Both the position numbers and the translations under genes were made by a program. The notes under the pieces are model-generated. The model was not told the DNA's origin. It saw nothing but the letters and a program-made list of their open reading frames with translations, and made no database searches. Shown piece by piece: positions 1-8,699 of a stretch of 32,000 nt of DNA. Location of the stretch: NCBI RefSeq assembly GCF_000015805.1, contig NC_009073.1:1410001-1442000 (forward strand), given 5' to 3'. Numbering within the stretch: position 1 is the first letter of the stretch; each line of letters begins with the position of its first letter. This DNA comes from Pyrobaculum calidifontis JCM 11548 (GTDB lineage Archaea > Thermoproteota > Thermoprotei > Thermoproteales > Thermoproteaceae).

Positions 1-334
1 GGAAGAGGTTGTTCCCCACCCTGTATGCAGACATCACCTGGGGCCCCACGCATGTAACTACCTCGAAGAACTCCCTAGGCGTGTAGTACGCGCGGAGCAA
101 CATCCCAGCATTGACGCCGACTTCGTAGCCAGATCTGCCAGGCCCAACACTCCTAGTAATTCTGCAGATGTGTATTAGGTCAATGGGGTCAATGCCGTGG
201 TCTACGGCGTCTATAAGCGCCTGTATCGCCGCCTCTACAACCTCGGAGGGCCTCCTCCCCACTTTTTTCACCTTTTGAGAAAACTCTTGGGCGAGGGCTT
301 GGTCTACGGCCAGGCGGGCATAACGCTGAGGCAT
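1..334 (-). CDS. hypothetical protein; its 3' end lies beyond the window edge
   Basis: Absent from the track because it runs off the left edge. ATG at 334..332 opens a stop-free frame to position 1 (MPQRYARLAVDQALAQEFSQKVKKVGRRPSEVVEAAIQALIDAVDHG...). A TATA-like box lies about 26 nt upstream. No family recognised. Confidence 0.45.
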   Translation of the reverse strand, partial: MPQRYARLAVDQALAQEFSQKVKKVGRRPSEVVEAAIQALIDAVDHGIDPIDLIHICRITRSVGPGRSGYEVGVNAGMLLRAYYTPREFFEVVTCVGPQVMSAYRVGNNLF

Positions 335-356
335 GTACTACCGTAGTACATCTAGA

Positions 357-364
357 TATAAAAA
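357..364 (-). promoter_or_regulatory. TATA-like box (TTTTTATA on minus strand) for the 1..334 gene
   Basis: AT-rich octamer in a GC-rich context, centred about 26 nt upstream of ATG 334. Confidence 0.35.
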
Positions 365-931
365 TTATCCACAAGTAATCTCTGCTGTTATTACGTTTTT
401 CTCCACGGCGATTTTTGGCTGACATTTCCATTGTCGTATGGCTTCTTCTGCGAATGTGGCTAGGCATTTTGCCGATTTTTCGCCGGGGGCTATGAAGACT
501 ATTCTCCACGTCTCTCCCCGGCGGGTGAAGCTTAGGCGGGCCGTTGGGAATAGGGCGAAGAACTGGGCCGCCGTCTGTACCAGCTCGGGGAATGTGAAGC
601 GTGCAGAGGCCAGTTGGCCAAACCTTGCCCCCATCTCTCTCAGCGCCTTAGCCACGTCTCCGTCTTCACACACTCCCCACTTCTCGGCAAAGAGCTCCAA
701 AAGCGGAAGAGGCACGGGGACGACGTCGAAGGCAAGGGCAAGCTCCACCAGCCTAAACATCTCTAAACCCCTAGAAGGAGAAATACCACGACGAAAAAGC
801 TCCACAGCCAAGCGGAGGGCGTCTGAGGAAAACCTTATGAGAGAGAGTCTTTGGCTTTTTGCGAGGGCGGAGGCCTCCTTTGCCACGTCGCCTTCGACTG
901 GTATCGTGGTTCTCGGCGTCTCTTCTTCCAT
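365..931 (-). CDS. hypothetical protein (188 aa)
   Basis: Track ORF with ATG start, co-directional and tightly spaced with its neighbours (22 nt after the upstream stop). The opposite-strand ORF 438..974 is Ser/Arg-rich low complexity. No family recognised. Confidence 0.55.
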   Translation of the reverse strand: MEEETPRTTIPVEGDVAKEASALAKSQRLSLIRFSSDALRLAVELFRRGISPSRGLEMFRLVELALAFDVVPVPLPLLELFAEKWGVCEDGDVAKALREMGARFGQLASARFTFPELVQTAAQFFALFPTARLSFTRRGETWRIVFIAPGEKSAKCLATFAEEAIRQWKCQPKIAVEKNVITAEITCG

Positions 932-953
932 GTGCGCAACTCATTGCTTCCTT

Positions 954-1385
954 TTAAGGCTTCACGGCTTGTAGCTTCATGCCTCCCTCTAGTCCCCCCT
1001 CGGGGAAGTACCAGTCTTTTACTATCTTGAAGCCGCACTGCTCTAGCAGTTTTCCAAGTCTGGTCTCCCCTGGCGGGGTTCCCCTCTGGAGCTGGGCCAG
1101 GGTCTCTTTGTCGCCGACGTATTCGAGGTAGAGGACGTCGCCGGGCTCCATGTGGCGGTGGAGGACGCAGAGGACGTGGCGCAGCTCCTCGGCGGAGGCG
1201 CCTTGGCTTATGTTGAAGACCTCTGCCCACGGCGAGTAGTAGGGCGGGCGGCCCTTGAAGACTTTTACAACGCACAGCGCCTCCCCGCCCCTGTAGATTA
1301 TGAAGTCCACCTCCTCGGGGTAGCGGCCCCTCTTTGCCACAGCTCTCAGAGGCGCAAAGGCCGAGGGCTCCAACTCAGCCAGCAC
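954..1385 (-). CDS. conserved archaeal hypothetical protein (143 aa), possibly DUF1122-like
   Basis: GTG start at 1385 with a TATA box 22.5 nt upstream. Globular, non-repetitive sequence (…WYFPEGGLEGGMKLQ). The family assignment is from memory only and is unverified. Confidence 0.6.
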   Translation of the reverse strand: MLAELEPSAFAPLRAVAKRGRYPEEVDFIIYRGGEALCVVKVFKGRPPYYSPWAEVFNISQGASAEELRHVLCVLHRHMEPGDVLYLEYVGDKETLAQLQRGTPPGETRLGKLLEQCGFKIVKDWYFPEGGLEGGMKLQAVKP

Positions 1386-1403
1386 GGCCGCACCTCGTCA
1401 AGT

Positions 1404-1411
1404 ATTTATAT
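1404..1411 (-). promoter_or_regulatory. TATA box (ATATAAAT on minus strand) for 954..1385
   Basis: Centre lies 22.5 nt upstream of GTG 1385. The same spacing is seen at several other unit heads in this window. Confidence 0.4.
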
Positions 1412-1564
1412 CTATGTCTAATTGTCGGCGTGGCCGCTCTTTTGAGCCTTGTGGACGTGGTCATCGCAATAGCCTCCTCGTCGGCTACCCTAGGCCGCTG
1501 GCTGGCCGCCCAGCTGATAAAAATCCAGAGGGGTGAGCACGTGTTGAAGGCGGGGGGCTAGCCT

Positions 1565-2197
1565 ATGCGCCTCCTCATCGTGGCAGACGTCCACGACGCC
1601 GTGGAGATGGTCAAGAGGATTAGGGAGTCCGTGGACGCGGTGATCGCTGCGGGGGACTTCACCTATAGGGGCACTCTAGAGACCTCTGCCGCGGTCCTCC
1701 ACGCCCTCGCCGAGCTGGGCCCAGTCTACTTTGTCCCAGGCAACTGCGACCCTCCCCAGCTCGCCGACTACACGGCCGACGGAGTCTACCCTCTACACAG
1801 CCGTGTGGTCCAGCTCGGGCCCTTCCGGGTGGGGGGTGTGGGGGGTAGCACTCCCACCCCCTTCCCATACGCCAATCTGTTCGTCATGGGGGAAGGGGAG
1901 TTTGAGGCGTTGCTGAGGGGCCTCTCCCCAACGCCGCATGTCTTCGTCTCGCACGATCCCCCGAGGGGCCACTTAGACAGAGTGGGAGGGGTGAGGCCGG
2001 TGGGGAACTTGGCCGTGCGGCGGTACATAGAGGAGAGGCAGCCGCTTCTCTCTATCCACGGCCACATACACGAGGACAGGGGGGTGGACCTCTTGGGCGA
2101 CACTGTGTTGGTAAACCCGGGTCCCTTGAAGGAGGGGTACTACGCCGTGGCGGAGTTGGACAGGACAGTCAAAGTGGAGCTAAAGAGAGTTAGGTAG
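1565..2197 (+). CDS. metallophosphoesterase (calcineurin-like, YfcE/MJ0936-type)
   Basis: Ordered metallophosphoesterase motifs are present: ADVHD (DxH), AAGDF (GD), VPGNCD (GNxD), VSHDPP, and HGHIHE (GH-x-H). Confidence 0.85.
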   Translation: MRLLIVADVHDAVEMVKRIRESVDAVIAAGDFTYRGTLETSAAVLHALAELGPVYFVPGNCDPPQLADYTADGVYPLHSRVVQLGPFRVGGVGGSTPTPFPYANLFVMGEGEFEALLRGLSPTPHVFVSHDPPRGHLDRVGGVRPVGNLAVRRYIEERQPLLSIHGHIHEDRGVDLLGDTVLVNPGPLKEGYYAVAELDRTVKVELKRVR

Positions 2198-2211
2198 GAG
2201 TCGAAGTTAAG

Positions 2212-2219
2212 CATAATAA
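2212..2219 (+). promoter_or_regulatory. TATA-like box (CATAATAA) for 2239..4137
   Basis: Centred 23.5 nt upstream of ATG 2239. Confidence 0.35.
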
Positions 2220-2238
2220 CTGCCGCGGTGGTTGCTAC

Positions 2239-4137
2239 ATGAAGCTATTTGAGGAGGGCTTTATCGCGGGGGTGAGAGTGCCCAACCGCATTGTAGTGGC
2301 GCCGCTGGGAGCCGGCCTTGCCCAAAACGGATTCGTCACCCCGGCCCTCATACAGCACTACGTAGAGCTCGCCGAGGCGGAGCCCGGCCTCGTGGTAGTG
2401 GAGGGGGCCGCCGTGTCTGAAGACGCGAGAGACAGCCACGGGATGTTGGCCATATACGACGACGCCTTCGTCGGAGGGCTCAGCCTGCTCGTAGACGAGA
2501 TCAAGGCTAGGGGGCCCCGGGTGGCCATCCAGCTCCTGCACCCGGGCGGCGCGGCGAGCCCCAGGGTGAGGGGGAACGTGCCTGTGGCTCCCACGGCCAT
2601 GGAGTACCTCCTGTTTGTGCACGGGAGACACGCCTTTAAGGCACACGCGAGGGAGCTCACTAGGGAGGAGATAAAGCGGTTGGTTGAGAAATTCGCCGAG
2701 GCCGCCGGCAGGGCCAAAGACGCTGGGTTTGACTTTGTGCAAATAAACGCGGGTCACGGCTGGCTGTTCAGCCAGTTCCTATCACCCCGCACGAACAAGA
2801 GGAGCGACGAGTATGGGGGGCCCATTGAGAACAGGATAAGATTCGCCATCGAGGTGGCAGAGGCGGTTAAAAGCCAGGGGATACCCCCCATCTTTAGAAT
2901 AGACGCGGTAAACCCCGCATATGGGGGAGTCACAGAGGAGGAAGTGCTCTACTTCGCCAAGAGGCTTGAGGAGGCCGGCGCCGCGGCCATAGAGGCGTCA
3001 GGCGGCCCAGCGCCCATAAGCCCCGCGGTATTCCCACAGGGGCTCTTCCTAGAGGGAGCCGCCAAATTGAAAAAGGCGTTGAAAATCCCTGTAATTGCCA
3101 TTGGCGCATTAGACCACGACTTGGCCAACAAGGCCCTAGAAGAGGGGCTGGCAGACTTCGTGGCCTTTGGAAGAGCCTTTATAGCAGACCCTCAGTGGCC
3201 TATCAAGCTGAGGCAGGGCAGGCCAGAGGACATACGGCCGTGCGTTAGGTGCAACGAGTGTATAGACAGGGGGTTTAGCCTCAGGCAACTGCCGCCCAAA
3301 TGCGCCGTGAATCCGCAGTTCCTCAGATTCGCCAAGCCCAAGCCCCCAACCCACGTAAAGACGGTGGTGGTAGTCGGCGGGGGCCCCGCGGGGATGGAGG
3401 CGGCCCGGGTAGCCGCCGAGAGGGGGCACCGAGTGGTCCTCTACGAGCAGAGCCACCAGCTAGGCGGGAACTTAATACCCGCCACGGCCTCCCCCTTTAA
3501 ACAAGACCTTAGGCGCTACCTGGAGTGGCTAAGGCGCCAAGTCCACAAGGCTGGCGTAGAGGTGAGGCTAGGCACAAGGCCCACCCCCGAGGAGATACTC
3601 AGCCAGAGGCCCGACGCCGTGATCCTCGCCCTGGGGTCAGAGCCGGCAACCCCCAACATCCCCGGCATAGAGCAGGGGGTATACGCCGTCGACGTCTTAT
3701 TGGGCAAGGCAAAGGCGCAGGGCAGAGTGGTCGTCCTAGGCGGCGGGCGAGTGGGCGGAGAAACGGCGCTACACTTAGCCCTAGAAGGCGCCCAAGTGGC
3801 CATAGTGGAAATCCTCCCAGACATTATGACAGACCTAGAGCGCAGCTACAGGCTGGCCATGTTAGGCGAGCTCAAGAGGAGGGGAGTCTCCATATATACA
3901 AACTTCCGCACACTGGAAGTACGCCCGGGGCGCCTCTACGGACTCCACAACGGCAACCCCGTGGAGGTGCCCTTCGACACCCTCGTAATAGCCACTGGAA
4001 TGCGCCCCAGAGACACAGCCCCCTACAGGGCCCTGGCAAAACACGGCGTTGAGGTATACGAGGTGGGAGACTGCGTAAGGCCGAGAAACCTCTACGCCGC
4101 AGTCCACGAGGCCTACAACGTGGCCAGCAGACTTTAG
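2239..4137 (+). CDS. NADH:flavin oxidoreductase, OYE-family TIM barrel fused to an FAD/NAD(P)-binding domain (2,4-dienoyl-CoA reductase / NADH oxidase-like)
   Basis: 632 aa. The N-terminal OYE-like barrel is followed by a Cys cluster (CVRCNECI ... C) typical of the FadH-type 4Fe-4S linker. Two Rossmann motifs follow (VVVGGGPAGMEAA; VVVLGGGRVGGE). Confidence 0.9.
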   Translation: MKLFEEGFIAGVRVPNRIVVAPLGAGLAQNGFVTPALIQHYVELAEAEPGLVVVEGAAVSEDARDSHGMLAIYDDAFVGGLSLLVDEIKARGPRVAIQLLHPGGAASPRVRGNVPVAPTAMEYLLFVHGRHAFKAHARELTREEIKRLVEKFAEAAGRAKDAGFDFVQINAGHGWLFSQFLSPRTNKRSDEYGGPIENRIRFAIEVAEAVKSQGIPPIFRIDAVNPAYGGVTEEEVLYFAKRLEEAGAAAIEASGGPAPISPAVFPQGLFLEGAAKLKKALKIPVIAIGALDHDLANKALEEGLADFVAFGRAFIADPQWPIKLRQGRPEDIRPCVRCNECIDRGFSLRQLPPKCAVNPQFLRFAKPKPPTHVKTVVVVGGGPAGMEAARVAAERGHRVVLYEQSHQLGGNLIPATASPFKQDLRRYLEWLRRQVHKAGVEVRLGTRPTPEEILSQRPDAVILALGSEPATPNIPGIEQGVYAVDVLLGKAKAQGRVVVLGGGRVGGETALHLALEGAQVAIVEILPDIMTDLERSYRLAMLGELKRRGVSIYTNFRTLEVRPGRLYGLHNGNPVEVPFDTLVIATGMRPRDTAPYRALAKHGVEVYEVGDCVRPRNLYAAVHEAYNVASRL

Positions 4138-5006
4138 GCAGTCGCCCCAGGCCCGCCGCCCCCCTCCTTTTTCTTCTTCAGTCTCTCAAAGTAGAGAGAG
4201 GCCTTGATCATATAGGCGTAGAGATACGCCCTGAACACTTCAACCTTGTAAGTCTCTAAAAACCAGCGCCACAAGATGTCCAACGCCTTGTCCAACTCCT
4301 CAAAGGAGATCTCCTCATCAGGCTTAGAGAAGACCGCCTTTATAAACTCCAGCTCCTCCCTAGACACGGGGTTAGGCGCCGCGACCCCCGCAATAGCCCT
4401 AAGCTGGGCCTTGGCGAAGTCCCTCTCACCCTCCGTAAACAGCCCCTTCAACGCCACGAAGTCCACCACAAAGGTGTTCATGGCAACTGCGGCGGATAAG
4501 ACAGACTCAGAAGACCGGCGAATCTCCCCCCGCAACTCTTCCCCCAGCTCCTCAATCCGCTTCTCCACACCTTGAAAACGCCTCTCAACCTCACCCCTAA
4601 ACTCCGCAAACCGCCTATCCATTTCTCCCCTAAGCTCGGCGAAACGTTTATCCATCTCTTCCCTCAGCTCTGTAAAACGTCTATCTACGTCTCCCTTAAG
4701 CTCTGTAAACCGCCTCTCCACGTCGCCCCTAAGTTCTACAATTTGTCTCTCCACAGCTTGAAACCGCCTATCCGCGTCCCCCCTAAACTCTGCAAATCGC
4801 CTATCTACCTCGGCAAAGCGTTTGTCCATCTCCGCCCTAAGATCTGCGATCTGCCTCTCCACCGCCTTAAAGCGCATGTCCACTTCCTCAAACCTCTCGT
4901 CAATAGTGGCAAACTTCCTCCCCAGCCAGTAGGCAAGCCCCACAATCTGCGCCACGACAGTCGCGAGAAGGCCAAACAGAGCAATCCACACCTCATCCAC
5001 AGACAC
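4134..5006 (-). CDS. membrane-anchored coiled-coil protein with RRF-type 7/11/18-residue repeats
   Basis: Track ORF is 4134..5138. I trim the start to GTG 5006 (or GTG 5000) because a TATA box (GTTTTTAT, 5021-5028) lies inside the long form. One TM helix (WIALFGLLATVVAQIVGLAYWLG) is followed by about 130 aa of charged repeats and a C-terminal globular region. Confidence 0.7.
   Translation of the reverse strand: MSVDEVWIALFGLLATVVAQIVGLAYWLGRKFATIDERFEEVDMRFKAVERQIADLRAEMDKRFAEVDRRFAEFRGDADRRFQAVERQIVELRGDVERRFTELKGDVDRRFTELREEMDKRFAELRGEMDRRFAEFRGEVERRFQGVEKRIEELGEELRGEIRRSSESVLSAAVAMNTFVVDFVALKGLFTEGERDFAKAQLRAIAGVAAPNPVSREELEFIKAVFSKPDEEISFEELDKALDILWRWFLETYKVEVFRAYLYAYMIKASLYFERLKKKKEGGGGPGATA
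4515..4904 (-). repeat. intragenic imperfect tandem repeat with a 33-bp (11-codon) core period
   Basis: Protein units include TELKGDVDRRF, TELREEMDKRF, AELRGEMDRRF, AEFRGEVERRF and AEFRGDADRRF. Interspersed are 7-mers (AEVDRRF, EEVDMRF) and 18-mers (QAVERQIVELRGDVERRF, KAVERQIADLRAEMDKRF). The DNA repeats are diverged. Confidence 0.75.
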
Positions 5007-5086
5007 ACCCCCGCACAGAGATAAAAACTTTTCAACACCACCAGCGCCCAACAGCCCAAACGCCGGCAACCCGCCATACGACGCGC

Positions 5087-5284
5087 CTACACCCAGCCCC
5101 CTCGCCACCCCACCGCGACAACGGCAGAGTTGTCCCACATGGTCACATACCCGACGCCGTCTGCAACGCCAAACTCTCTCACAAAAAGGTTACGCCTAGA
5201 GACACCGTGTGAAGCTACGTAAGCCGACTCAAGCAGGTTAGACATCTCCTTTTCTTGGGAAACACGCTCGAGGTAGAAACCCAA
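5087..5284 (-). CDS. possible small hypothetical protein (65 aa, or 52 aa from ATG 5245)
   Basis: Only an ORF between the peptidase and the coiled-coil gene. It has no recognisable family, and its T-ending codon usage differs from the neighbours. It may be non-coding. Confidence 0.2.
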   Translation of the reverse strand: MGFYLERVSQEKEMSNLLESAYVASHGVSRRNLFVREFGVADGVGYVTMWDNSAVVAVGWRGGWV

Positions 5285-5324
5285 GCCCCGCTACAGCCAG
5301 CGGGAGGCGCCCACGGCGCCTGGG

Positions 5325-6482
5325 CTAGCCGTGTACCACCGCCTCGGCCTCTCTGACCACGTATGGCGGCATCCACTCGGTGCCCCTCTCTGCGGCCCTC
5401 CTCAGCTCCTCCTCCATGGCCTCGGGCCGGCCACCCTTCGCCATGTACTCAGCCAAGGCCAGGGCGCGGCCGGCGGGCGAGCGCAGTGTGCTGGACATGA
5501 GGTAGTCGTAGAACCGCATCCTGTACTCCGGCGGCTCTCTCGGCTTCAGCGCCTCGGCCACCGCAGTCCTGGCGTCGCCGAGAGACCTCGCCGACTCCAC
5601 CACCACGGCTAGGTAGGCCACCTGCCCCACCACGTCGAAATCCACGTAGAAGGAATACGCCACGCCCCTGTCCCTCACCACGTTGAAGAGTATAGACTTA
5701 GTCCCAGTCTCCAAGTGGAAAGCCGCGCCGTGGAGGAGGGCGTACGCGGCCGGGGGGCTGTCCACGGCCAGCCTAACCGCCCTGGCGTAGTACACCCCAT
5801 CCACCTCCCCCACCTCTTCCACAAACCCAGGCCCAACCCCCTCCGAGGGGTCTCCCTTGCGCGGCGCCGCCCCCTCCAACGAGCCGAAGAGAGAGGCGGC
5901 CCTCTCCACAGCCTCGTCGGAGAAGCCCCCCGAGAGCACCACCACGGTGTTGTCGGGGGTGAACCACCTCTCCTTGTGCTCAACCACGTCCCCCAGCGAG
6001 AGGGAGCCCACAGTCTCCGGCGTCCCGCCCACCGGCGCCCCCCAGTCCGAGTCCCCGAAAAGCGCTCTCACTACTAGGTCCCCCACCCGCTCCGACGGGT
6101 CCTCCCGCGACATGCGCAACTCCGAGAGAACCACGTCCCGCTCTCTCTCAAAGTCAGCCGCCTCGTACCTCCCATTGGCGTAGATGCGGTAGGCCAGCTC
6201 CACGAGGCCCACGGCAGAGCCCCCAAGCCCCTCAAAGACAAACGCCACGAAGTCCCTGTGCGTATACGCGTTACAGCTACCCCCGAGAGATTCCACAGCC
6301 ATATCCACGTCGAAGCCCGGCACCCTAAACGAGAGGTGCTCCAACAAATGCGTCACCCCCCGCGCCTCCCGCGGCTCGAAGAGCGACCCAACCCCCACCG
6401 ACGTCACAACAGCCGCCAACGGTGAGTCAAACTTATCAACAACGAGCCTGACGCCGTTCTCCAACGAGATAACTCGACGCAC
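5325..6482 (-). CDS. M16-family (pitrilysin/insulinase-like) zinc peptidase
   Basis: Inverted zinc motif HxxEH (THLLEHLSF) near the N-terminus, and the length and two-lobe organisation are typical of M16. GTG start with a TATA box 23.5 nt upstream. Confidence 0.85.
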   Translation of the reverse strand: MRRVISLENGVRLVVDKFDSPLAAVVTSVGVGSLFEPREARGVTHLLEHLSFRVPGFDVDMAVESLGGSCNAYTHRDFVAFVFEGLGGSAVGLVELAYRIYANGRYEAADFERERDVVLSELRMSREDPSERVGDLVVRALFGDSDWGAPVGGTPETVGSLSLGDVVEHKERWFTPDNTVVVLSGGFSDEAVERAASLFGSLEGAAPRKGDPSEGVGPGFVEEVGEVDGVYYARAVRLAVDSPPAAYALLHGAAFHLETGTKSILFNVVRDRGVAYSFYVDFDVVGQVAYLAVVVESARSLGDARTAVAEALKPREPPEYRMRFYDYLMSSTLRSPAGRALALAEYMAKGGRPEAMEEELRRAAERGTEWMPPYVVREAEAVVHG

Positions 6483-6501
6483 AATGGGCAGAACAGGTTC
6501 A

Positions 6502-6509
6502 GTTATAAA
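6502..6509 (-). promoter_or_regulatory. TATA box (TTTATAAC on minus strand) for the M16 peptidase gene
   Basis: Centred 23.5 nt upstream of GTG 6482, in the 33-nt gap after the upstream stop. Confidence 0.4.
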
Positions 6510-6515
6510 CCTGCG

Positions 6516-7067
6516 CTAGACCAAATCGCCGTAGAGGAGAGTTACGCCGAGTTTTTCAGCCCTCTCTAGGGCCTCCCTAGCCGCGTGCACTCCCACGATT
6601 ATTTTGCCCTCTGCGCGCCTTCCGAGTATTCTCTCCACGGCGTCTGCCACTAAGTAGAAGCGGTCCACATCCTCGGGCTCCACGAGGCTCTTCAACTCTA
6701 CGAGAAACGTCTTGTCGTTAGACACGTAGAGGTCTACCTCGTACACCACGCCCCTCGGCCCATACCTCCCCTCCCTATCCTCAAACCTAAACTTCTCCAC
6801 CACGTACTCCCCGACCCCCAGCCTCTTCAACAACTCGTCGACCAACGCCCGGACGTCAACGCCGAGCCTCCTGCCCAAAGATCCCACGGCCACCTTTAGA
6901 TCCCTCACCTCTTTCACTAATGTTATTAGCACCTTTCTCTGTCTCTTAAGTTCCCTTTCTACTGCGTCCATGCGCCTTAAAAGTTCTAGTATCCCCAGCT
7001 TGCCAGCTACAGCATAGCGAAACTCTTTGTCTTTCTCTAGTAGGTCTAAGAACTCCTCCTTGTTCAC
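6516..7067 (-). CDS. coiled-coil + PD-(D/E)xK nuclease-fold-like protein (DUF3782-like architecture)
   Basis: Track ORF is 6516..7109. I trim the start to GTG 7067 because a TTTTTTAT box (7088-7095) lies inside the long form, 24.5 nt upstream. An N-terminal coiled coil (LELLRRMDAVERELKRQRKVL...) is followed by a D...ExK pattern (VYEVDLYV...TFLVELKS). Confidence 0.6.
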   Translation of the reverse strand: MNKEEFLDLLEKDKEFRYAVAGKLGILELLRRMDAVERELKRQRKVLITLVKEVRDLKVAVGSLGRRLGVDVRALVDELLKRLGVGEYVVEKFRFEDREGRYGPRGVVYEVDLYVSNDKTFLVELKSLVEPEDVDRFYLVADAVERILGRRAEGKIIVGVHAAREALERAEKLGVTLLYGDLV

Positions 7068-7087
7068 AATAGCTAACACGCGTAGAG

Positions 7088-7095
7088 ATAAAAAA
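7088..7095 (-). promoter_or_regulatory. TATA box (TTTTTTAT on minus strand)
   Basis: Centred 24.5 nt upstream of GTG 7067. Confidence 0.4.
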
Positions 7096-7141
7096 GTCTT
7101 CAAATGCACCCCCTTGGCATAAACGGCGTGTGAAAATCGAA

Positions 7142-7795
7142 TTATCTACACGCCTTTGGCCGCGTGAGGTGGGCGGGGTCTATCTGGCTGGGCGGCCCTG
7201 CCCACTTGACCTCTCCGTCTTCTATCACCATTACGTAGTCGCAACAGGGCAGGACGTCGAGGTGGTGTGTGGTGTAGGCTATTATCTTGCCCCGCGCCTC
7301 TCTTTTGAGCAACTCCGCCAGCTCGGCGCGTCTGTCGCCGTGGAGGTTCGCCATGGGCTCGTCGAGGAGGAGTAGGTCGGCCTCTGTGGCTAGCGCCGCG
7401 GCCACCACGGCGAGTTGTCTCTGCCCCCCGCTGAGGGTGCCCCACCTCCTCTGGAGGAGGGCCCCGACGCCCACTAGCTCGGCGAAGCGGGCCGCGGCCG
7501 CGGCGTCTTCCCTCCCCACCGGCTTCCCCCCGAAGCGCGTCCGGCCGGCGAGGACTACGTCCATCACTGTGCTGTCTGGCGGGGCGTATAAGTCGCCCAC
7601 GTACGCCCTCGACTTGACGCCGACGTACTCCACCCGCCCCTTGTCTGGCTTGAGGATGCCGGCCAGTATTTTGAACAGCGTGGTCTTACCCGCGCCGTTG
7701 GGCCCCACTACGCATGTGGCGCCTTCCCTCAGCTCCCCCCTTGCCGACAGGCGGAATTCGCCGAGGCGCTTCTCTACGTCAAAGGCCACGTACAT
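7142..7795 (-). CDS. ABC transporter ATP-binding protein (FepC/BtuD-type)
   Basis: Walker A GPNGAGKTT, signature LSGGQRQ, Walker B LLLLDEP, and an H-loop (TTHH). It overlaps the permease stop by 17 nt. Confidence 0.9.
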   Translation of the reverse strand: MYVAFDVEKRLGEFRLSARGELREGATCVVGPNGAGKTTLFKILAGILKPDKGRVEYVGVKSRAYVGDLYAPPDSTVMDVVLAGRTRFGGKPVGREDAAAAARFAELVGVGALLQRRWGTLSGGQRQLAVVAAALATEADLLLLDEPMANLHGDRRAELAELLKREARGKIIAYTTHHLDVLPCCDYVMVIEDGEVKWAGPPSQIDPAHLTRPKACR

Positions 7796-8699
7796 ACTTC
7801 AGCAGAAGCCAGGCGGCGGCCGGGGCTCCGACGATCGACAGAACCACTGTGGCTGGGACGTCGCGGGGCAGGAGGAGGCGTATGGCGTTGTCTGCGGCTA
7901 GGGCGAGGGCGACGCCCATGGCCGCGGCGGCGTGGAGAGTTTTGTCAAAGCGGACGCTCTTCTCCGCCCACTTGGCCATGTGCGGCGCCAAGAGACCGAT
8001 AAACCCCACAGGCCCCACCGTAGCCGTCGCAACGCCCGCCGCCGCGGCGCCTGCGGCGGCGATGAGGAGGTTTGTCTTCTCCACGTCCACGCCGAGGCCC
8101 TTAGCCGCCTCTTCGCCGTGGATGTAGGCCGCTATGCGCCTAGCCCTGGCCCATGCTGCGGCGTATATTGCGGCGACGGCGGCAGCCGCGGCGTAGCCCA
8201 CGGGGCCGGGGGGATATGCGGCGAAGGTTCCCTGCAGCGACAGGTAGATGTAGCCCAGCTCCTCTGGGGGCAGGGCGAGGAGGAGGAGCTGTGTGGCCGA
8301 GGAGGCGGCGAAGGCGAGGAGTACTCCGAAGAGCACTACGACGGTGAGGGGGGCCCTCCTCGCGGCGTAGAGGAGGACGGCGGTGGCGGCCGCGGCGCCG
8401 AGAAGCGACCCAGCGAGGTAGCCCAGGTAAGGCGCGGAGAAGAGGCGCCAGAGGACGTAGGAGAGGAGGGCTGTGAAGAGGGCGGTCTGGCTGACCCCTA
8501 GGAGGTAGGGGTCGGCGAGGGGGTTGCGGAGGGCGGTCTGGAGCAGGTGGCCCGATATGGCGAGGGCGGCCCCTGCGGCCACGGCCCCGAGGGCGCGGGG
8601 CAGTCTAACCGCCTCGACTATGGCGGGGTCAAAGCCGGCGGGTCCCCAGGCTAGTTCCAGGAAGAGGAGTGGGATTATGAGGAGGTATATGGCCTTCAC
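7779..8699 (-). CDS. FecCD/BtuC-family ABC permease
   Basis: Polytopic Ala/Leu/Gly-rich membrane protein of FecCD type. I trim the start to GTG 8699, which forms a GTGA overlap with the binding-protein stop. The 73-aa Arg-rich extension in the track ORF lies inside the upstream gene. Confidence 0.85.
   Translation of the reverse strand: MKAIYLLIIPLLFLELAWGPAGFDPAIVEAVRLPRALGAVAAGAALAISGHLLQTALRNPLADPYLLGVSQTALFTALLSYVLWRLFSAPYLGYLAGSLLGAAAATAVLLYAARRAPLTVVVLFGVLLAFAASSATQLLLLALPPEELGYIYLSLQGTFAAYPPGPVGYAAAAAVAAIYAAAWARARRIAAYIHGEEAAKGLGVDVEKTNLLIAAAGAAAAGVATATVGPVGFIGLLAPHMAKWAEKSVRFDKTLHAAAAMGVALALAADNAIRLLLPRDVPATVVLSIVGAPAAAWLLLKYVRGL

Noticed and set aside
438-974. 178-aa plus-strand ORF, plus the 835..1275 and 189..509 minus-strand ORFs
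   Set aside because: They overlap better-supported minus-strand genes in other frames. Their composition is Ser/Arg/Pro-rich.
1334-1561. 75-aa plus-strand ORF with a hydrophobic stretch in the divergent intergenic region
   Set aside because: Its 5' part is antisense to the 954..1385 gene. There is no correctly spaced TATA box, and the alternative ATG 1414 frame is Arg/Gly-rich.
7287-8501. Plus-strand ORFs 7287..7901, 7714..8127, 7932..8501 and 8153..8347
   Set aside because: They are antisense to the ABC ATPase and permease genes, with Arg/Ala/Gly-rich low complexity.
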